From: Eledone cirrhosa
Lineage: Eukaryota
Length of the DNA: 64,000 nucleotides
Direction of reading: 5' to 3'
Assembly (NCBI GenBank): GCA_964016885.1
Contig: OZ024742.1
Location: 236,406,001-236,470,000, forward strand
Position 1 is the stretch's first letter, and every line of letters begins with the position of its first letter. The notes beneath the pieces are model-generated. The model searched no databases, was not told the DNA's origin, and saw only the letters and a list, made by a program, of their open reading frames with translations. Of this stretch, positions 61,259-64,000 are shown in pieces. The translations under genes and the position numbers were made by a program.

Positions 61259-62756
61259 GATCGTAGAGAGAGAACGAAGGATGGAATTTCACTTCTCTCC
61301 TGTGAACGCGACAGAACTACTAACATGACATGTCTATTAGCAGCAGTTAGTGACCTCACGTGTGGGAGAAGGGGTTAGCCATAATTTCGATCTCAACCAA
61401 TTTTGAAAAAAAAAAAAAAAAGAAGAATTGTGCCCCAGCATGGCCTCAGCCGGATGGCTGGAACAGGTAAAAGAGTAAAAGAGTAAACATAGAGGTAAAA
61501 ATGAAATTAATACAATTTACTTACGTTACTGGTTGTCTGTTAACTGGAACAAAATGCATATATGTTGACGAGGTTATAGTATCATCTATAAGTTCGTTGC
61601 ACACATTGCACACACAATGACGTATGGAATGAACTTTTAACGAAAAAACCCGTCTCAAAGTGTTAATCAAATGTATATTTGCAATGTGACATGTGCACTT
61701 TATTCGGTCTGGACCTAGGCTTCTGCAAATGGAGAAAGTAACTGCAACTTATCATAAACTGCATTGGCTTCATCATCAGATAATGAAATATGGAGAGAGA
61801 AAACGAAGGATGGAAATTCGCTTCTCCTCTCAGAACGCGACAACTACTAACACGACAGGACTATCACCAACAGGCAGTGATACCACATGAGGGAGAAGTT
61901 CTTCTTTGCCATAGGATGGTTGGTGCTTTAATGGCGTATGAGTATGATTATAAAAATAGTTCGTTTGTTTGTCTTTTAGACTCCTATGCACCTAAAAACC
62001 GATGGACCAACCTTGTTCAAACTTGGCATGCAAGTTCCCTATACTCAGGAATAGGTTTTCCTCCCACTTAGAGCTATACTCATTTGTTTATAGTTTTTTT
62101 TGTCTGTTTGCCAATCTGTGGTAACGGTGGTCGTCGTGACTTATCGTCTTCACTACGACAGAATGTGACGGATAATAGAAAGAATGAACAAGTGAGAATG
62201 TGAGAGAAAGTCAGCACACAGGAAATTAAGCAAGTGCTGAAAGCCAGAGATGGGACTGAGCAAGTAAGTTAATGAAGCATGAATGAAGAAAGAAAGAAAC
62301 AGAGATTAAGAAAGCGAAGAAAGTGAGCGACACGCATTTAACATTGAAGCCGATACCAAAATAGCAAATACATGCTTTATTGAATGTCCCCCAGAATGTA
62401 TGATTTTATTTCTAGATATTTTGAAGAAAGTGTATTGATTTAGTAGTTGTACTAATCAGCAGTCCCCTCAAGGTTTCGGTGGTTCAGGTAATAGTTTAAA
62501 CTTATCAAAATTAAAAACATTCTGTTAATAATGGATCTATGTCGAGTCACATTTCGTTGAATGATGACTCACTGCATTACCTGACAGTTATTTTTCGGTA
62601 ACAACATCCAAAAACTAACGAAAACAAATATATAAAAATATATTACAGGTTTCACAAGTATTAATTTTAGTAGTGTTTCCGAACATCAAATAAAAACGCA
62701 AAATATAATGAAAGGCTGCTACATACAGATATACACACGGAGCTATATACGAAGAT

Positions 62757-62804
<48 letters not shown>

Positions 62805-63163
62805 GAAACACACAGATACATGCGGACACACACATATATACATGAATGCATCCGCACCCAACTGTCAGTTAAGGGTGCCAACTTCACCGATGTTGCTCAA
62901 TGAATGACTGGGACAGACCAATTCAGTTTGAACCAGACTGAACCAGTATCAGAGTTAAAAATACATTATGAAGAGAGAAGAAACATTTAGATATAATTAG
63001 TAATAAAATGTATCATACCTAAACTGTTCCTAAATTCCTCGACTACGTAGTTTCGTGGCATAAACAAAAACAATATATCAAAGATATAGAGTCCTTGCGA
63101 GGTCTGCCGACTTATCAAGAGGATACCTCATTTTACTAGTCTCAAGAACGCGTCTACACGACG

Positions 63164-63205
<42 letters not shown>

Positions 63206-63569
63206 CACACACAGAGGAAAGATACGAAGAAAATATTAGTAAGAAATTCTCAGTACAGTTGGAGAGCAGATCTTCAGAGGATTCCCTCCCCACAAGCAAG
63301 AGTTTCGCCTCTTAATCTCTTGCACTCTAAGGGGACTGGGCTGCATTCAGTTCTTGGCTACTGGGTGCCTATTTGCTGACATATAGCCATTTGGATATCG
63401 GAGACGTGTGTATGTAAACACCACGAGAAACCAGTAACATATCAATGGATAGGAAAATACATCTTACGCTATCTGATGAAAACATGGTATGGTGTTATTT
63501 CTCACATCTTTGAAATACGTACAATAAAATCATGTAATAAAATGAAGATGTACGAATAAAAGCGTCTCT

Positions 63570-63645
<76 letters not shown>

Positions 63646-63766
63646 AAAGGCAGAGTTAATAACTCATATTGATACCCTGTAATTAACAAGCTCAAAGTAT
63701 AAATACTGAGCATTATATAATAATATATGTAGTAATAAACACAGTAAATCGTGTGTCTAAAATATT

Positions 63767-63821
63767 TCAGTCCAGAAATAGCCGTCGAAACGGCTTGAGC
63801 TCTGCCGTCGGGGTTAAACAT

Positions 63822-63827
<6 letters not shown>
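63767..63827 (+). mobile_element. Family A fragment flanked by a direct duplication of about 37 bp
   Basis: atgtagtaataaacacagtaa.tcgtgtgtctaaaat at about 63727 and 63877. Confidence 0.8.
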
Positions 63828-63878
<51 letters not shown>

Positions 63879-64000
63879 GTAGTAATAAACACAGTAAGTC
63901 GTGTGTCTAAAATTACGAGGGTTGAATACCACGTTGGTTTGACAAATTTAACCAGAAGCAAACGGAAAATACAGAAAATATACAGACCGTCTCAATAACT

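Overview
AT-rich eukaryotic DNA, intronic or intergenic, most likely from an octopod cephalopod (inferred from the dominant tRNA-derived SINE and the RTE tails). A large part of it is (TA)n, (TATG)n or (CA)n microsatellite, which explains almost all of the YIYIYI-type ORFs in the track. No host gene can be identified. The rest is transposon debris: Penelope-like element (PLE) RT and GIY-YIG fragments, Tx1/L1, RTE, CR1/L2-like and CRE LINE fragments, two SINE families, a bipartite non-autonomous RTE, and hAT and Tc1/mariner MITEs. The main hidden signal is RNA-structural. Reading by eye gives more than 15 type-I hammerhead ribozyme (HHR) motifs, intact or slightly decayed, from about 8 unrelated short repeat families. 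They recurrently share a palindromic helix III, a non-canonical (often U-U) pair at the base of helix II, long helix-II insertions and an AATAAA next to the cleavage site. Several of these families insert into (TA)n as fold-back inverted repeats. This looks like a diverse set of PLE pseudo-LTRs or non-autonomous ribozyme retroelements. All folds were made by hand and none was computed or tested.
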